This document shows, one piece after another, positions 1 to 13,896 of a DNA stretch of 64,000 nucleotides. The notes beneath the pieces are model-generated. The model was not told the DNA's origin. It did no database searches and saw only the letters and a list, made by a program, of their open reading frames with translations. This stretch comes from Takakia lepidozioides. Taxonomy: Eukaryota > Plantae > Bryophyta. The position numbers were made by a program, and so were the translations under genes. How positions within the stretch are numbered: the first letter of the stretch is position 1; each line of letters begins with the position of its first letter. The stretch is from the NCBI GenBank assembly GCA_030704615.1, contig CM060734.1, positions 15,004,001 to 15,068,000 of the forward strand, read 5' to 3'.

Positions 1-722
1 TAGATAGCAAAAACCCAAGGTCTTGGTTCTGCATCCGACAACCCTCCTATGTCCTTGAAAGTATGCATGCACATTGGGCATATGGGTTCTTGTTCCCAAC
101 CCTGACATAACAGTTCATGGGTAAGAGCTAGCTGGTGTCAAATTGACCCTATGCTGAAAGTGAGAAAGACTTTTGAGGTACGACTCGGATCCCCTTTTTC
201 TGGCCAAATCTAATCTACTGTCTTACTCCAAGACTTGCCCTATTTCAGAGTAATCTTGCTTCTATAAAGCTCATTTCCCTTTCATTTGGTGCCAAAGCCT
301 TTGCCTCAGTCTGAATTGGAAACTGGTCAGAGGTGCCCAACCTTCAACGAGATTTTCACACATGGAACATAAACCCCATGCAACTGTTATGTTGTTGGTC
401 TTGAACTCTTTCCAGGTTTGATACTTAGCAGTCGTCCATCATGGTGAATTCTCCTGAGACCTACTCAAGGCTGTGAAATGTTGCTAGAAGCCGTCTCTAC
501 ACGATTTGGTCACTTCCTCTGCTGAAATTGCGAACCTATAAAAGCTAAATCCTTCACCCGACTGGAGTTCCTCTGTAGAAAGAAATTTAGTACATCCTAG
601 CTGAAACCCATCAATGAAATTCAGAGAGACACAGAAAGAAAGAACAAACCTTTATGATGTCCACAGGAAACTTAAGAGCTTATGGACGAATCAGAGAGAA
701 ATAGAGAGAGAGAACAGCTTAC

Positions 723-2064
723 AATATCAGGAGCTAACTGCTGCTGCTGCTCCAAGGAAACCATCCAGTTTGGCTTGGTCAATGTACTTTTGTGTTCTTG
801 ATTTGCATGAAGAGCTGAGGACCAGGTGCGGCATGATAAGTGGCCCCTACCAAACAGAGGCTGCTCATAAATTACAATCTGCCAATGACCCCTACCCTTT
901 GTTAGCAGATGTGAAATTCAAATGTCCAGAATGCTCGAGACTGCAGCCTGCCTGGTTATGATGCAATGCCTAGTAGTTGTAGACTGTCCAAGCATATATG
1001 CAGTTTCCTACCAACTCTTGTAGCTGGCCACTTACATGAGTGTCGACAGTATAGTGAGTTCCTTTGACTGCCACATAACACACCCTTGGCCAACAGCCAC
1101 CAGGCTGTGCCCTACTGGCTGTCACAGCTGCCCACACAGAAAGATTCCTCTTGCACTCATTGGTGAAAACACAAGCACACCTGCTTCCCTCACTGGGAAT
1201 GGCATTACAGTGTATTACTCCAAATGAGCAGGACAGTAGCCCACTTCTATCCCTGCCACCACATTTCTCATCACTGTCATCAGAGGTGCAGACAGGCAGG
1301 TACTGCCCCACCAAATACGGGGCATAGGCTGTTGCAGTTGGCAGCTGGCTCTCCAATCTTTTCTCTGCCTTATTCAGAACTGCCTCCAATGTCTGCACAC
1401 ATGGAGAGCGTGGATGCATTCAGAAAACCCTCAATCCAACCTTTATTACCAGGACCCTCAAAAGCATTGATGACAAGCGTACACCATATCCTTCCAATGA
1501 CCGTGCACGCTTGCCCAAGACAGCAACTTGGGCATAGCATTGGCAATACAATCTCTCACGAGAAAGCATTGCTACTGGGCCTCTCAGGAAAAAGCCGCAC
1601 ATAAAGGTGCATCATTGCTATGTGGTGGATAGGCAGGTGGTATCACTAATGGTTGCATCCGCACCAAAACCTCTTCAAACCCACTTTTTGCGCCTCACAC
1701 TCTCACACATGCTCCTCCAGCCCGTTCTCAAGACAGAGCCGAATATTATCACGCCATCTCTTTGTAATAAAAACCCACAATTCCGAAAACGGCTCATCAG
1801 TGGACATTGGAGAACAGAAAGGAACTGCAGCCCCGAATGCCCCGGCCTATTCTAACCAGCACAATGAGATAAAGGGAAAAAAAACACCTGGATTGATGCA
1901 GCGGAAGGCACAGGACATGCGGCCGCAACAATAACATCAACGCAAGTGTTGGTGGAGGGGGAGGCCCAGCCTAGCAGCGCCATTGGTCCCACTGGGTAGG
2001 CAGTGCACAGGTGCTCCGGCCACCACAGCCGGCAGTGCCACTGCCCAGCCTTGGCTGCTGCCAT
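723..2064 (-). CDS. GPI1/PIG-Q-like GPI-GlcNAc transferase subunit, 5' exons; gene probably continues left out of the window
   Basis: Exons 2064-1888, 1392-1036 and 878-723 have GT-AG boundaries. They splice in frame to MAAAKAGQWHCRLWWPEHL..LLGWASPS..VDVIVAAA..IQ|TLEAVL..VDTH|IVIYEQPLFG..KPNW, which resembles the plant GPI1 N-terminus (CRxWWP, FGW, VIVYExP, KPKW). Confidence 0.7.
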
Positions 2065-2457
2065 GCTCTTCTGAACTAGCACTCTTGACACCCATGATGC
2101 ATCATTGCCTCTACGTCCTTGCCCTCTCTATCTTATGAATCATGATCGGGTGCACTGTAGGTGGAGCTGAAAGCAGGGAAAGCCCTGCCTTCCAACTACC
2201 CGAGGAAACGGCCTTCTTGTAGCTCCGCCATGGCGCATACGTCTGTTGACCGGTAATCTGTGCGTTTGCGTCGCCAAAATGGAACTGTTTTAGCCCACCT
2301 CGAAAGTACTTTAAGTTGATGGGCCTGACATCTTTAATAAGATTCCCCACCAATAGTAAAAAACAAGACACTTCATCTTCTCACGTTGCCTTTGACGTTT
2401 GAGGGTGCCTGTGCTTGGCCGAAATAGCATCCGGTTCTGTAAATCACATGGTGCGCT
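2065..2457. promoter_or_regulatory. Probable bidirectional promoter between head-to-head genes
   Basis: About 390 bp separate two divergent ATGs; the interval contains a TGGGCC site II-like motif near 2320. Confidence 0.45.
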
Positions 2458-5061
2458 ATGGAAGATGATATCATAGACCGAGAGGCAGACAGGCCCATGG
2501 CGACTTCGGCCAACTCCCCTCGCCAGAAGCAGCTAATCTTTGACCGCCGCTACGGTTGGGTGTACGTCCTGTTGCAAGCGTTCCAGCATGCTTTCCTTGT
2601 GTATGCCGAGAGAGAGAGAGAGAGAGAGATGGTCACCTGTCAAATGGTGCTTATGTGGCTGAAGCATTCATACAGTCGCTCCTTTCATAAAGTCTAGGGT
2701 CTGAGTCTGCGTGCCATAGTTCACATGTGCGCTCCCTGCTTAGCCCTTTGAATAATATGAAGCCATGACCTCCGGTCACCACCCTGGTGCTGCACCGGCA
2801 GACAGACCTGCAGGTGACGTTGAGATCCGTGATATAAAAGGAGAAAGGGCTGCAAGCAGTGATGCAAGTCGATCTGGGTTGCGGACGCCGCTCCCCTCTG
2901 TCCATGAAGGATCCAATTGTTTGAATGCCTTACCTCTCAGGGCATGTCTGTGTCAGCCGCACAGGCCCCTTGAACCACCTCATGAGAGTATTGACTCAAG
3001 TGCTTTGCCAAGATTGGTTAATCGTCCAGTCCATCAGTTACTAAGACTATCACTCTCGTTCCCACAAAGCATGTCAGAACTTGGTGCTTTGTATTTTTTC
3101 AACTCTCTGTTAATTTCTGCATCAGTTGCTCAGAATTGTAACCTGCAGAATTTTCTGACTGATCATTATGATATCAGAGTGCTGGTAGAATGCTGTAAAT
3201 CGACTGTGATGGAGCCCACCCCTGGGGGGGGCAGTACCCTAGCTCGCTAGGAGAAGTGGTAATTGTTTACACTGGTTTAGGGAGGAGTCTTCTCTCTCTA
3301 CATTGACTGTGATGCATCTGGCAAAGTGTCTAGACATCCTTAGCCTTGTTATTAGGTTAAACCTAGTGTACTTCCACAAAGTCATACAGTTTGTGTGCCT
3401 TTCAGGCCATGCATCTCATTAGGCTGATGCTACAGAGTAATTGGGAGCTGACTGCTGCTGCATCTCTCCCTCCCTCTCTCCCTCTAGTTCTATGTGAGGT
3501 TCATGGCTACAAGGCTACAAAGTGTAATAGATACGTCTTGTATTGTTTGAATACCCCGCTCCACACTGGAGATCATTGGTGTCTTTGAGATCAGCTGAAA
3601 TTAAAAAGAAAAGAAGAAGAGAAGTGACGAACTAGCATAAATTGTAGTACTGGATCCGCAGTTAGGAGGGCTGAAATGTAGTAATACAAGAGGAAGACGA
3701 GAGAACGATGCAATGAGTACATACTCGAGTGGTCATCCAATCTTTCCTCTTCCTCTCCCTTTTTGTGCACAGGGTTTTGAGGTTTTGGCTTCTTATGCAG
3801 GTTTGAGGAGTGGACAGATCCAATGGAAGTGGCACACCTTGGAGGCCGAGGAATGTAAGGCTTCCATTTCCTAATCATATTCATTTTGTCTTCAGAGGAT
3901 AGTCCTGCAAGTCGTGAAGAAGTATCTAGAGGCATGTGCTAACTAGACATTGCCCTAGTGGGCTATTCCGGCTTGTACATGTGGAGCACATACAGCACTT
4001 GACTGCAACTTAACTGTTTGCATGATCACCAGTCTGCTAGGTGGAACTACGTTGAGAGTTTGAGGATCTGTTTGAGAATTTGCTCAAAGATTTGAGAGAT
4101 TCAGACACGGGATTCTCAAGGATATGATGTAGTATAGTATCAGCAACAATTGCTTTTGTTTCCGAGCTGGTCCAGGCAAGATTTAACTGGGTTTACTATG
4201 ACTGCTATGTGTTAGCTGGCAACTGCTAATGTCAAACTGGTCAAGCTATTTGCACAAATCTGATTTGTGGCTGGGGTGCGGTGTAGGTTCTCACTTGTTC
4301 CACTTACTGCCGCTACTCTTGATTGTACCCTCCACCTGGTATGCCACCTTCTTCTCTTGATTCAAAACATTGTCTGGGCTATTGCTTTTGCAATGCAACC
4401 GTGAAGTCCTTGGTTGACTAGGACTACTGGCAGCTTTGATGGGTTGAGAAGCTTGGGTTCAATTGACCAATCAGAGATACCTGTGGGCCTGAGGGCAGGC
4501 AAACAAAGCTGCAGATGTAGTGGTACAAATTCTGCAAAACCCTTTGCCATCAGTGCCCAAGCTTACACAGCAATACAGAGTACGAGCAGGCCAGCAAGTG
4601 CAGAAGTGGCGGCAGCTTACTCAACGGAGGGACAGTCCAAGTAGGCCTGCAGGTGCTGAAGCTGCAGCAGGTAATTGCCTGCACACAAGCAGGTCAGAAG
4701 TGGCAGGATACTGCAGAATTAGCCCAATGGCAGGAGTTTACTCAAAAAGGTAGAACACAAACATTTCAGCAGGTGCAACAGCTGCAGCATCTTACTCAGC
4801 AAGGTAGAGCCCAAGCAAGCCAGCAAGTGCAGAAGTGGGGGCACTCAGCAAGGAACAGACCAAGTAGGCCGGCAGGTGCAGAAGTTGTGGCAGCTGACTC
4901 GGACAGACAGCGCACAAGCAGGTCAGAAGTGTCAGAATATTGCAGAAACAGGTCAGATCCAATGGCAGGAGTTTACTCAACGTGGCAGAGCACAATTAGA
5001 CCAGCAGGCGCAAAGGTTGGAGCACCTTACTCAGCAAGGCAGAGCACAAGCTGGTCAGTGA
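2458..5061 (+). CDS. Conserved uncharacterised plant protein (FDRRYGWVFEEWxDP..GGRGMF motif) with a Q-rich repetitive, frameshifted C-terminus
   Basis: Exons 2458-2561, 3801-3854, 4287-4338 and 4499 onward splice at GT/AG to ..LIFDRRYGWV|FEEWTDPMEVAHLGGRGM|FSLVPL..HL|ANKAADVVVQILQNP. The first in-frame stop is at 4753; the repeat continues in other frames to 5061. Confidence 0.7.
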
Positions 5062-7061
5062 GTGCGGGAGTTGCGTGATACTGTAGGAGTAGCCCAGCTC
5101 CAGTTTAATCACTTGAGTTTACTCACAGTGATTCAACTGCAGAGGCTTCCATTGCTGCACTCTGCGCTGCAGTATTTACACAGACCTCGAGCAGAGCTCA
5201 ATGCTAACCAAGATTCTCAATCTGATCCAGATGCCAATCAGTAGTTCTATTACAGAGCTGCAATTGGCATTCAGAGTTCACTCAGCTGAAGCCACTTCCT
5301 ATCTGTTGAAGTCAAAGTGATCTCACTTTTAATAAAAAAGGATGTGAGACTGTTGTGTAGCTAAAATTCATAGAGGATGTGTGCATGTAGCTCAGTCATA
5401 GTTAGGTGGATGTTGGAGACAGACCAGATTTTGGCCAAACTACCACACCATTTAGTTTTTGAGAAGTTTGCGTTTTTTGTAAAAATGCAGTGCCTGCCAG
5501 CAATGGGCAAGCTTCAAGCTCTTCACTTGTTTGACCATCTTTATGATTGTACATTGATTTGCGATGGAGCAGAATGCCAGACCCTTCTAGGAAGAAATTG
5601 GGCTTTCTGCCAAGGACTCACAACACCACATGACTTTTGACAGACTCTGCCCTTCGATTGGAAGCATATCGCTCTGCATGGTTCTCTTTGACACCGTTAG
5701 ATTGAGAGACTATATGTGCTCCAATCTCCTACAATGTAGAAATGGGCTAGAAGTGGGTTTGCAATTCTGCATGTAGTACTTGACTAAATCAAACTTGCAA
5801 GTCGAGCCACAGAATCCAAGAGAGTCTAGCACACAGCAATCTCAAGCACTCAGGCTTAGAAGTTGTAGTGAAAAGTAGAATGCCATAGGCCTTACTTTCA
5901 ACCTAGTTTTCTGTGTGCAGTTCGGTTGGTGCGCGATCGCATTAAACAGTGCTGCTTGTAACTGAACAACTCGTTTCTCTGAGCAGTTACGAATTAGGAG
6001 AGACTCACAGAAAGGGCCACAGCTGACTCTGGAGAAGGACGAGCAAAACAGCCATCTCAGTCCTACTGTTGGCCAAGAGATGGGTAAAAATTTTAGGTTG
6101 CAGAAGACATAGCGTTGATGTAAGTCATGATATAGGTCAAAGAAAAATTCCTGAAATTTGGAGGTGATGTCTTCCATTGAATTCTGGAGCAACACTTGAA
6201 CCACATGGGTGTATACCTCTAACATGGCTCGGAGCACGGGCAAGCACTGTGCTTGTGACACTAATGCACCCGAAAGGTGTGGACTGACTTACCAAATAGT
6301 TAAAACTTATTTCCAGGAGTGCAAGAGGCACCCATATCAGTGACCTAATGCAGCTAGTCTATGCTCCACTGCCCTACCTGCACAAATCTTCTCTCTCCAC
6401 AAGATTTTCCTCAAGTAATGATCTTCTGCGCCATCACAAAATTCCACATATCCAAGGGAGAGGTATTGTTGCTGGCATGTTGTCTTCTACTGTATCTTCC
6501 TTGGCGGAGGGGAAGTATATACTTTACAGTGGCTGACCAGGGTCCACAACACGTGCAGTTTTAAAGTACTACACTTCCTTGCTGGTGAAAGTGCAGCCAC
6601 CTCCGACCTTACAACGAAATTAATAGAGATGAAACAGCTCATCACCCATGATCACACTTCAATTAAAGAGCTACAAAGAACTCAAGAGTAAATCCAGTGA
6701 ACCTTTTCCTCAGCTTGGAGTCAAGGGATATCTGTCAGAGCATTCAAATTCGACATGTAAAATGCCGAGTGCTGTGTGTGAGGATGCTTTATAGATCCAG
6801 TGGTCACCTGTCCTTAGCCTTATTCGCATCATCTCAAAGAATGTCAGACCCACTGTTTCCCCTATCCTACAAAAATGGTGATAGTAAAACAACAGCGTTC
6901 ACAAAAAACACATGTAACAATGTTATTCCAGCAGCCATGCATGCAGCTTCTCTGCTATGTACTCTTCTGCATTTGCAACTAGCAACTCAAAAGGTCGTCT
7001 GCCCAATTCGATCATCACCACAATCCTCCATAAAGAAAACTATTCAACATTACTAATCTGC

Positions 7062-9117
7062 CTACTCATCACGGTACTTCATGGTTGTGACATCAAACCC
7101 AGGCATGTCAAAGGATGTAGAGAACTTTTCCACATCAACCTTCAGATCTGCAATGTCCTTGTTGTTCTCCACTCCCTTGTTGAACTCACGCAGGAGCTTG
7201 CCATGTTCCTTCTGGACTGCCAGTGTGATGTTAACGGCTCGCTCCAGAAAGTCAGCAATCTGCTCAAAATCCTTCTCCTTCAAACCTCTAGAGGTCATAG
7301 CAGGTGCACCTGTTCCACCCAAGCCCTGCAATTCCTAAGACCACACATTTCTTGATGCGGCATGATTCATACGCACTTTCCCGCAATTACAAACAGACCA
7401 CAATGCAACTGCCAAAGAGGGATGACTTACCGACACGGATACCTCCAGGTGTAAGTGCACTGCTGTCCCCAAACACGGCATTCTTGTTCAAAGTGATGTG
7501 TGCTAGCTCACAAACTTTCTCCACCTTATTCCCTGTAAACAAACACAATCAAATTTGAAGTACTGTGACATCCAGCTACTAGTAGTGGCTAAATTCCTAA
7601 AATCACATGGCACCTCCTTACAACACAACAATGCCCAGGTGGCTTACACAGACAAAGCTGCACCATAGATCTGCATACAACGAGATATGAAATGATTGCC
7701 CCTGAAGAGATCGCAAAGAAGAATCAGAGCTGAAGAAGAGGGCAGATTTGGTGGCTATGCTCTGCTCAAGGGGGAGTGTGAATACCAGTGAGCCCAAGAG
7801 GACGCAGATCCCACAGCACCAGGTGGTTGTCGGTGCCATCAGTGACAAGCTTATATCCCTTCTTCATCAATGCATTTGCAAGAGCCACAGCATTTGCTCT
7901 CACTTGCTTGGCATACGACTTAAACCCGGGAGTGCTGACCTGCTTCAAGGCCACAGCCAGAGCTGCAATTTGGTGATTGTGAGGTCCTCCTTGCAGAGAA
8001 GGGAACACAGCAAAGTTGATCTTGTCCTCATAGTCATAGAAACTTTCCTCTGTTTTTCCTTTCTTCACAGGCTTGGGGCCCTTCCTGTAGAAAATCATTC
8101 CTGCTCGGGGGCCTCTCAAACTCTTGTGAGTCGTGGTTGTCATGACATCACAGTACTCAAAGGGCTGGGCAGCTTCCTGCAGCACAATGGCGTGAAACTG
8201 GTTTAGCCATGAAGTGGAGCGACCAATGAAGAGTCCCACTTCGGGCTCTGTGACATAGACCTCAAAGACAAACATGTTTGCAATAAAAAAAACATTAAAC
8301 CTCATCTAACTGAATGAAGGCGAAAGTATGAGGAAGTAGAAAAACAGATCAATCCAAGCCAAGGGAGCTAATGAGGGAAACAAGTACAGAAGTCAGCACA
8401 ACATACAGTAAAACAGAACAAGGAAAAGAAGAGCTGTACATGGGCGGCAACAAGGCCACTGATGTGAGCCATGTCGCACATGAGCAGAGCTCCGCACTTG
8501 TCAGCAATAGTTCGGAGCCTGGCATAATCCCAGTCCCTTGGGTATGCACTGCCTCCAGAGATTATCATTTTGGGGCGGTAATCCAATGCCTTCTCCTCCA
8601 GCTTATCGTAGTCGATAAATCCCGTTTTGAAGTCCACCTTGTAAGGAAGACTCTCGAAGTAGATGGAGGTGGCTGAGATCTTTTTGCCTCCAGATGTGTA
8701 GTAGCCATGAGTGAGATGACCTCCAGAGGGCAGATCGAGTCCCATGATGCGGTCATGCGGTTGCAACAGAGCAGTATAGACCGCAAAGTTCGCGGGGCTC
8801 CCCGAGTATGGCTGCACATTCACCCCCCATCTCTCCGAATCCAAATGGAAGGCTGTGAGAGCACGCGCGCGACACAGGTTCTCGAGCTGGTCAATGTACT
8901 CATTCCCTCCATAATAACGGGCTCCTGGAAGACCTTCGGAGTATTTGTTGGTGAGGGGGCTGCCCAGGGCTTCGATCACCGCTTGCGATGTGAAGTTCTC
9001 CGAAGCAATCAGCTCAATGCCCCTGCACTGGCGCACCTTCTCTCGCTCAATGAGATTGAAGACCTCCTCATCGGCAACCTCAAGGCTGGTATTTCCCCAC
9101 TCTTTCACCGAATCCAT
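7062..9117 (-). CDS. SHMT: Serine hydroxymethyltransferase, cytosolic SHM4-like
   Basis: Exons 9117-8440, 8176-7786, 7532-7431 and 7309-7062 with GT-AG introns. Motifs [32 protein letters not shown] (PLP lysine) and LQGGPHNH. No transit peptide. Confidence 0.97.
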
Positions 9118-10227
9118 CTCCAAACCCAACAGAAGGACAGAAAATCAGAGACAGCGTGACAAGAAGGAACCCACAACCCAACAGCGGAAGCCTGGACAGA
9201 AGGCCGAACAGGAAGCTCTTGGTGACAAGCAAAGCCCGGGGTCCTCAAAGGAAGAGGATAGGGCGTCAAACCAACACCAAAAAGCGTGGCGGGGGTGGTG
9301 ATCCAACGAATTGTGGGCCCAAGCTCTCTGCTGATCCTGCCAGGCGCGCCAACCCACCCAGATCTTAAAATAGTCCTTCCTATGTACTGTAGTTGTGTTC
9401 CTCAGGAGACCATCACCCAGCGGTATTATTCTCAGCTCTTTGCCAACACTCCCCACTACTTTCTTCCCACAACCCACAAACTTAGGAGCACCCAACTATG
9501 GCACAGTCCACCAAACTGGGCAGAATGCTGTGTTTAATGACCTCACTGATTGCTGGAGAGCAGATTGTCTGACATCTCCACTAAGTTAGCGGTGCTGCCA
9601 TGCTCTCGTCGCTGTCATCACCGCTGTCCTGGCAGCAGCAAGAGCGTGTGGCAACACACTATTTCACCAACAAATCACATTCTCTTCTCTCCTGTCCACC
9701 ATCCCTTATTACACTCACAACCATCATTTTCTCTTGGAAAGGAACCATCTCTCATCCATCATTATCTCCATACATCTTTAGGGGTTGTCAGATTTGACAG
9801 GTCCACTGAAATTTTGTAAGTGACATCTTTCTGAGACCCAGAAATGCATGGAAAAAATAACCATGCACATCTTTTTTTCTATCTACAAACATATGACAAG
9901 AAGAGTGAGCGATGCAGTGTGTTTGTCGTGCGACTAACTGAATGAATAGCATTTGAACTATCATGAATGTGATCATTGCAATTTGCTATACATATTGCTA
10001 TTCTTATTATTAACATCAATCAATATATGAATGAAGACGTTTGTTTTGTTTTGTTTTGTTTTGTAGCATCGTTGAGATCTCCCAAACCGCAGGGCTCCAG
10101 CCCCGGTGTGTCGTTGGAAAGCCCTCGACGAGGAGGGGTGCACCGGCTTGGTCTCATGATTTTTGGACAAGCAGTTAGGGAGATGTGGAATTCCAAGTAC
10201 TTTTGGTCGTTGGAAATTCAGTTTCTT

Positions 10228-11779
10228 CCTGTTTTGCACTCCAAAGTTGATTTGTGTTCTACTTCATGCACTCTTCATAGAGAGTTCTGCAATAGTGAGC
10301 GAAGAGAACACTTTTTTTTTTGGGACATTTTTTATTGGTCCAAATTTTGGCGGGGGAGTAGCGGTGGGATGCTTGAAGCCGCAAAACAAAATTGAGCCAA
10401 AAACAAAATCGATACGTGCCAGAAACCCCCAATGAAAGGTAGTGCAAACATATTTATTGGCTTAAAATTAATTTAAATTCAATTAAATTTTGGAATGGCA
10501 AATGATTTATTCGTCTGTTGTGTCTCCGCACATGTGTCGCACACATGTTCCAGCACATGCGTGCAAAAGAGGGGCTTCAACCATATCCGTTCAATGGGTG
10601 CAATAACCACACATTGCAGGAATTTTTTTTTCGCAATGAACAAAAACCAGATGACAAGTGAACGCCTCATCGGCCCATCGAACGAATTTCTATTTATCTC
10701 ATATTACACTGGGACCTATCAGATGGTACATTGAACACACTGGCCAAGTCTCAAAGCGAACCAAAATCATTTCGATGGCCAACCATCCGTTGGCCCATTG
10801 AACGAATTTCGATTGACCTCATATTACTCTGGGGCCTCTTACATGGTACATTGATCATACTGGCCAAGTCTCAAAGCGAACCAAAATCACTTCGATGGCC
10901 AACCATCCGTTGAGCCATCGAATGAATTTCGATTGATCTCATATTAGTCCAGGACCTGTGAGAGGGTGTCTCAAACGTACTGGCAAAGTTTGGAAGCAAA
11001 CAAAAATGATTTGGATGGGCAACCATCCGTTCATCCGTTGGATCTGCTATTACTTTGGGACCTGTTGGACTGCGTTTCGCGTGCTCACGATGCTTTTTTC
11101 ATTCCGTTTTTGAATGGGGTGTGTAATGACTCCATATGCAACGTGCATGCCAAATTTGAGAGCGAACCAAATTCATTTGGACCCAAAACCACAGTTTCTT
11201 CCCGTTTTGCACTCCAAAATTGATTTGTGTTCTATTTCATGCACTCTTCATAGAGAGTTCTGCAATAGTGAGCGAAAATAACACTTTTTTTTTTGGGACA
11301 TTTTTCATTGGTCCAAATTTTGGCGGGGGAGTAACGGTGGGATGCTTGAAGCCGCAGAACAAAATTGAGCCAAAAACAAAATCGATACGTGCCAGAAACC
11401 CCCGATGAAAGGCAGTGCAAACCTATTTATTGGCTTAAAATTAATTTAAATTCAATTAAATTCTAGAATGGCTTGAGGGGTGAGTGCATCGATAGGGAGG
11501 CAAATGATTTATTCGTCTGTTGTGGTTGAAGCCCCTCTTTTGCCCCCATGTGCTTGAACATGTGTGCGCCATATGTGCGGAAACACATTAGACAAATAAA
11601 TCATTTGTCTCCCCATCAACGCGCTCATCCCTCAAGCCATTCCAGAATTTAATTGAATTTAAATTAATTTTAAGCCAATAAATAGGTTTGCACTGCCTTT
11701 CATTGGGGGTTTCTGGCACGTATCGATTTTGTTTTTGGCTCAATTTTGTTCTGCGGCTTCAAGCATCCCACCGCTACTC
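10228..11779. repeat. Composite non-coding TE-like repeat: direct duplication (~10228-10500 / ~11204-11470), ~120-bp tandem units (~10660-11030) and a foldback (~11330-11779)
   Basis: Near-identical blocks are visible directly. The same family recurs in reverse orientation at ~57730-57975 and ~58270-58497. Confidence 0.85.
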
Positions 11780-12235
11780 AGAACCCAAATCCCCCAAGCT
11801 CCGAAATCCTTTTAAACCATGCTAGTCTTGCCTGCAAATCAATTATGAAAGTGCAGTGTATATTGCCAACAATGAATCCACATTGCTTTGTTGATTGAGG
11901 AGGGGTTACTTGTCAATTTTCCAGGTATCCAAGCTTGAGAGAGAGGCTCACACCCAAATCTAAAGAAGGCAGAGAGGTGATCTCGTGCTTTATAAATAAA
12001 CGATTCAAAATACGTACTGGGAATTAAGATGTCGTTGACGACACCTTAATCCCCAACACCTGCACACACACCGCCTTACCGCCAAGCCTGTTCGCCATCA
12101 GATTTTTTTGGGTTGAAATTTTTTGGGTGAATTTTTTTGGGGTTTTTGGTTTTTCCATGAATTGTCATGTGCCCACTCGTACTGGGAATTGAGATGTCGT
12201 TGACAACACCTTAATCTGGCACATTTGGGGAAGGG

Positions 12236-12275
<40 letters not shown>

Positions 12276-12880
12276 GCTGGAATTAAGATGTCGTTGACGA
12301 CACCTTAATCCCCAACACCTGCACACACACCACCTTACCGCCAAGGCTGTTCGCCATCAGATTTTTTTGGGTTGAAATTTTTTGGGTGAATTATTTTTTG
12401 GGTTTTTGGTTTTTCCATGAATTGTCATGTGCCAACTCGTACTGGGAATTAAGATGTAGTTGACGACACCTTAATCTGGCACATTCGGGGAAGAAAAAAA
12501 TAAAAATATATATATATATATTTGCCTTGATGACATTCAGCGTTGTGTGAAGGGGACTTGTCGGGGTCATCACTAAGCCTTAAATTCCAGCCGTGTGGCC
12601 AGTGAAGGTGGGAACATGTCTGTCGAAGCAAGAAATTGAGATGCTGGAGGATGTCGGGTTTCGTCTTCCAAGAGGCCCAACAGTTTCACCAGTTTCATGT
12701 CGAGGTTCGTAATCCGCATTCCCCCAATGTCCACCACATGGGAACGACTGGCCTACGAAACAAAATGGAAAAGTGGTCCGTCGTGTTGCGATACTGAAAT
12801 GAGAATTTGCAACAAATATGACAATTGGCAATGAAATGAGTATTTCAAATTCAAAGTTCTAGTGCAAGATGCATTGTAAC

Positions 12881-13418
12881 TTACGAGTTGATGTCTGCCA
12901 TAGCAGCTTTGAGAAGACTGCGATCATTTGGCCCCGCAACCTTCAGCACAACACACTCCACGACGTAATGCCAATCTAGGTCGTTGGGGTGGGCTTGGGC
13001 TATGTGCTCCATCCATGCCAGGAGGCGATGGTTGCCATCCCACACGTAAAACATCTTCCCGGACAAGTGCTGGAAAATAGGATCAGTAGCAATCAATCTC
13101 TCGAACTCCTCATTTCGCCTTTGCCAATGGGGATCTCATTTGTCCACTTCCTCGGAAGTGTGGGCACGAGAAGCTCCGTGGTCGTTCTCAATCGAGACAA
13201 AACGCGGCAGACCCCATTTGATATCCATCCCGGAAAGAGAATTTCAGCTTGTTGATATCGCCTGGGAAGGCAGGTCTGACCACCTGCAATGATACCAAGC
13301 GGCAGAGAGGAATCCGAAGCTTTGCCGGGTAGACCATGCCTCCCAGGACCCTGCCAATGTTGCTGTGGGTTGCCTCCAACATCTTGGCAGCGGCCAACTT
13401 CATATCGGCCTCCGACAT
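12881..13418 (-). pseudogene. ParB/Srx-like domain fragment, frameshifted
   Basis: LRIPLCRLV..VRP..FRDGY, then across a frameshift ..KMFYVWDGNHRLLAW; DGNHR is the ParB N-terminal/Srx motif. Confidence 0.6.
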
Positions 13419-13539
13419 GACGTCTGCTGCAGGGGGTTTCTCCGGCAGCCCACCAGGACCACCAAATCCAGCCTGTATGCTCCGGGTTTAGGGCTTGGGG
13501 ATCTCCGGGAGGATGTCATGAAAACAGGTCCCGAAAACC

Positions 13540-13896
13540 AGTGCAAAATTGAGTCAACAAGAACCCTGCAGTGTCAGGTGACCCAAGTTGTCAATGTCCC
13601 CCCTCCAAGCTATGGGCGGGTGTACAGTATGGTGACATCGGGTTTTGTTATTCACGACAGGACTTATGAGGTAATTGTTGGGAATTTTCCCAAATTGCAC
13701 ATGCCCGGACTTCCAGAATACGTTATCAAGCTCTATTGGAAAGAGACCCAAATTTGTCCCGTGCAAACACATATACTACATCTACATTCACAGGATGTTT
13801 TGTGATCCTCACCGAGACACGTGCATTCACCAATGTACAATGGGTCCCACTGACGTTCATACACTTCTACAGCGAGATAGGATTACTGAAATGTGA
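13540..13896 (+). pseudogene. SWIM zinc-finger protein fragment (TE-associated)
   Basis: TYEVIVGNFP-CTCPDF..VPCKHIYY, i.e. CxCxD..CKH, with one frameshift. Confidence 0.7.

Noticed and set aside
970-1602. Two in-frame ORFs separated by one TGA (selenocysteine or readthrough?)
   Set aside because: The TGA lies in the predicted first intron of the GPI1-like gene; exon 2 begins at 1392.
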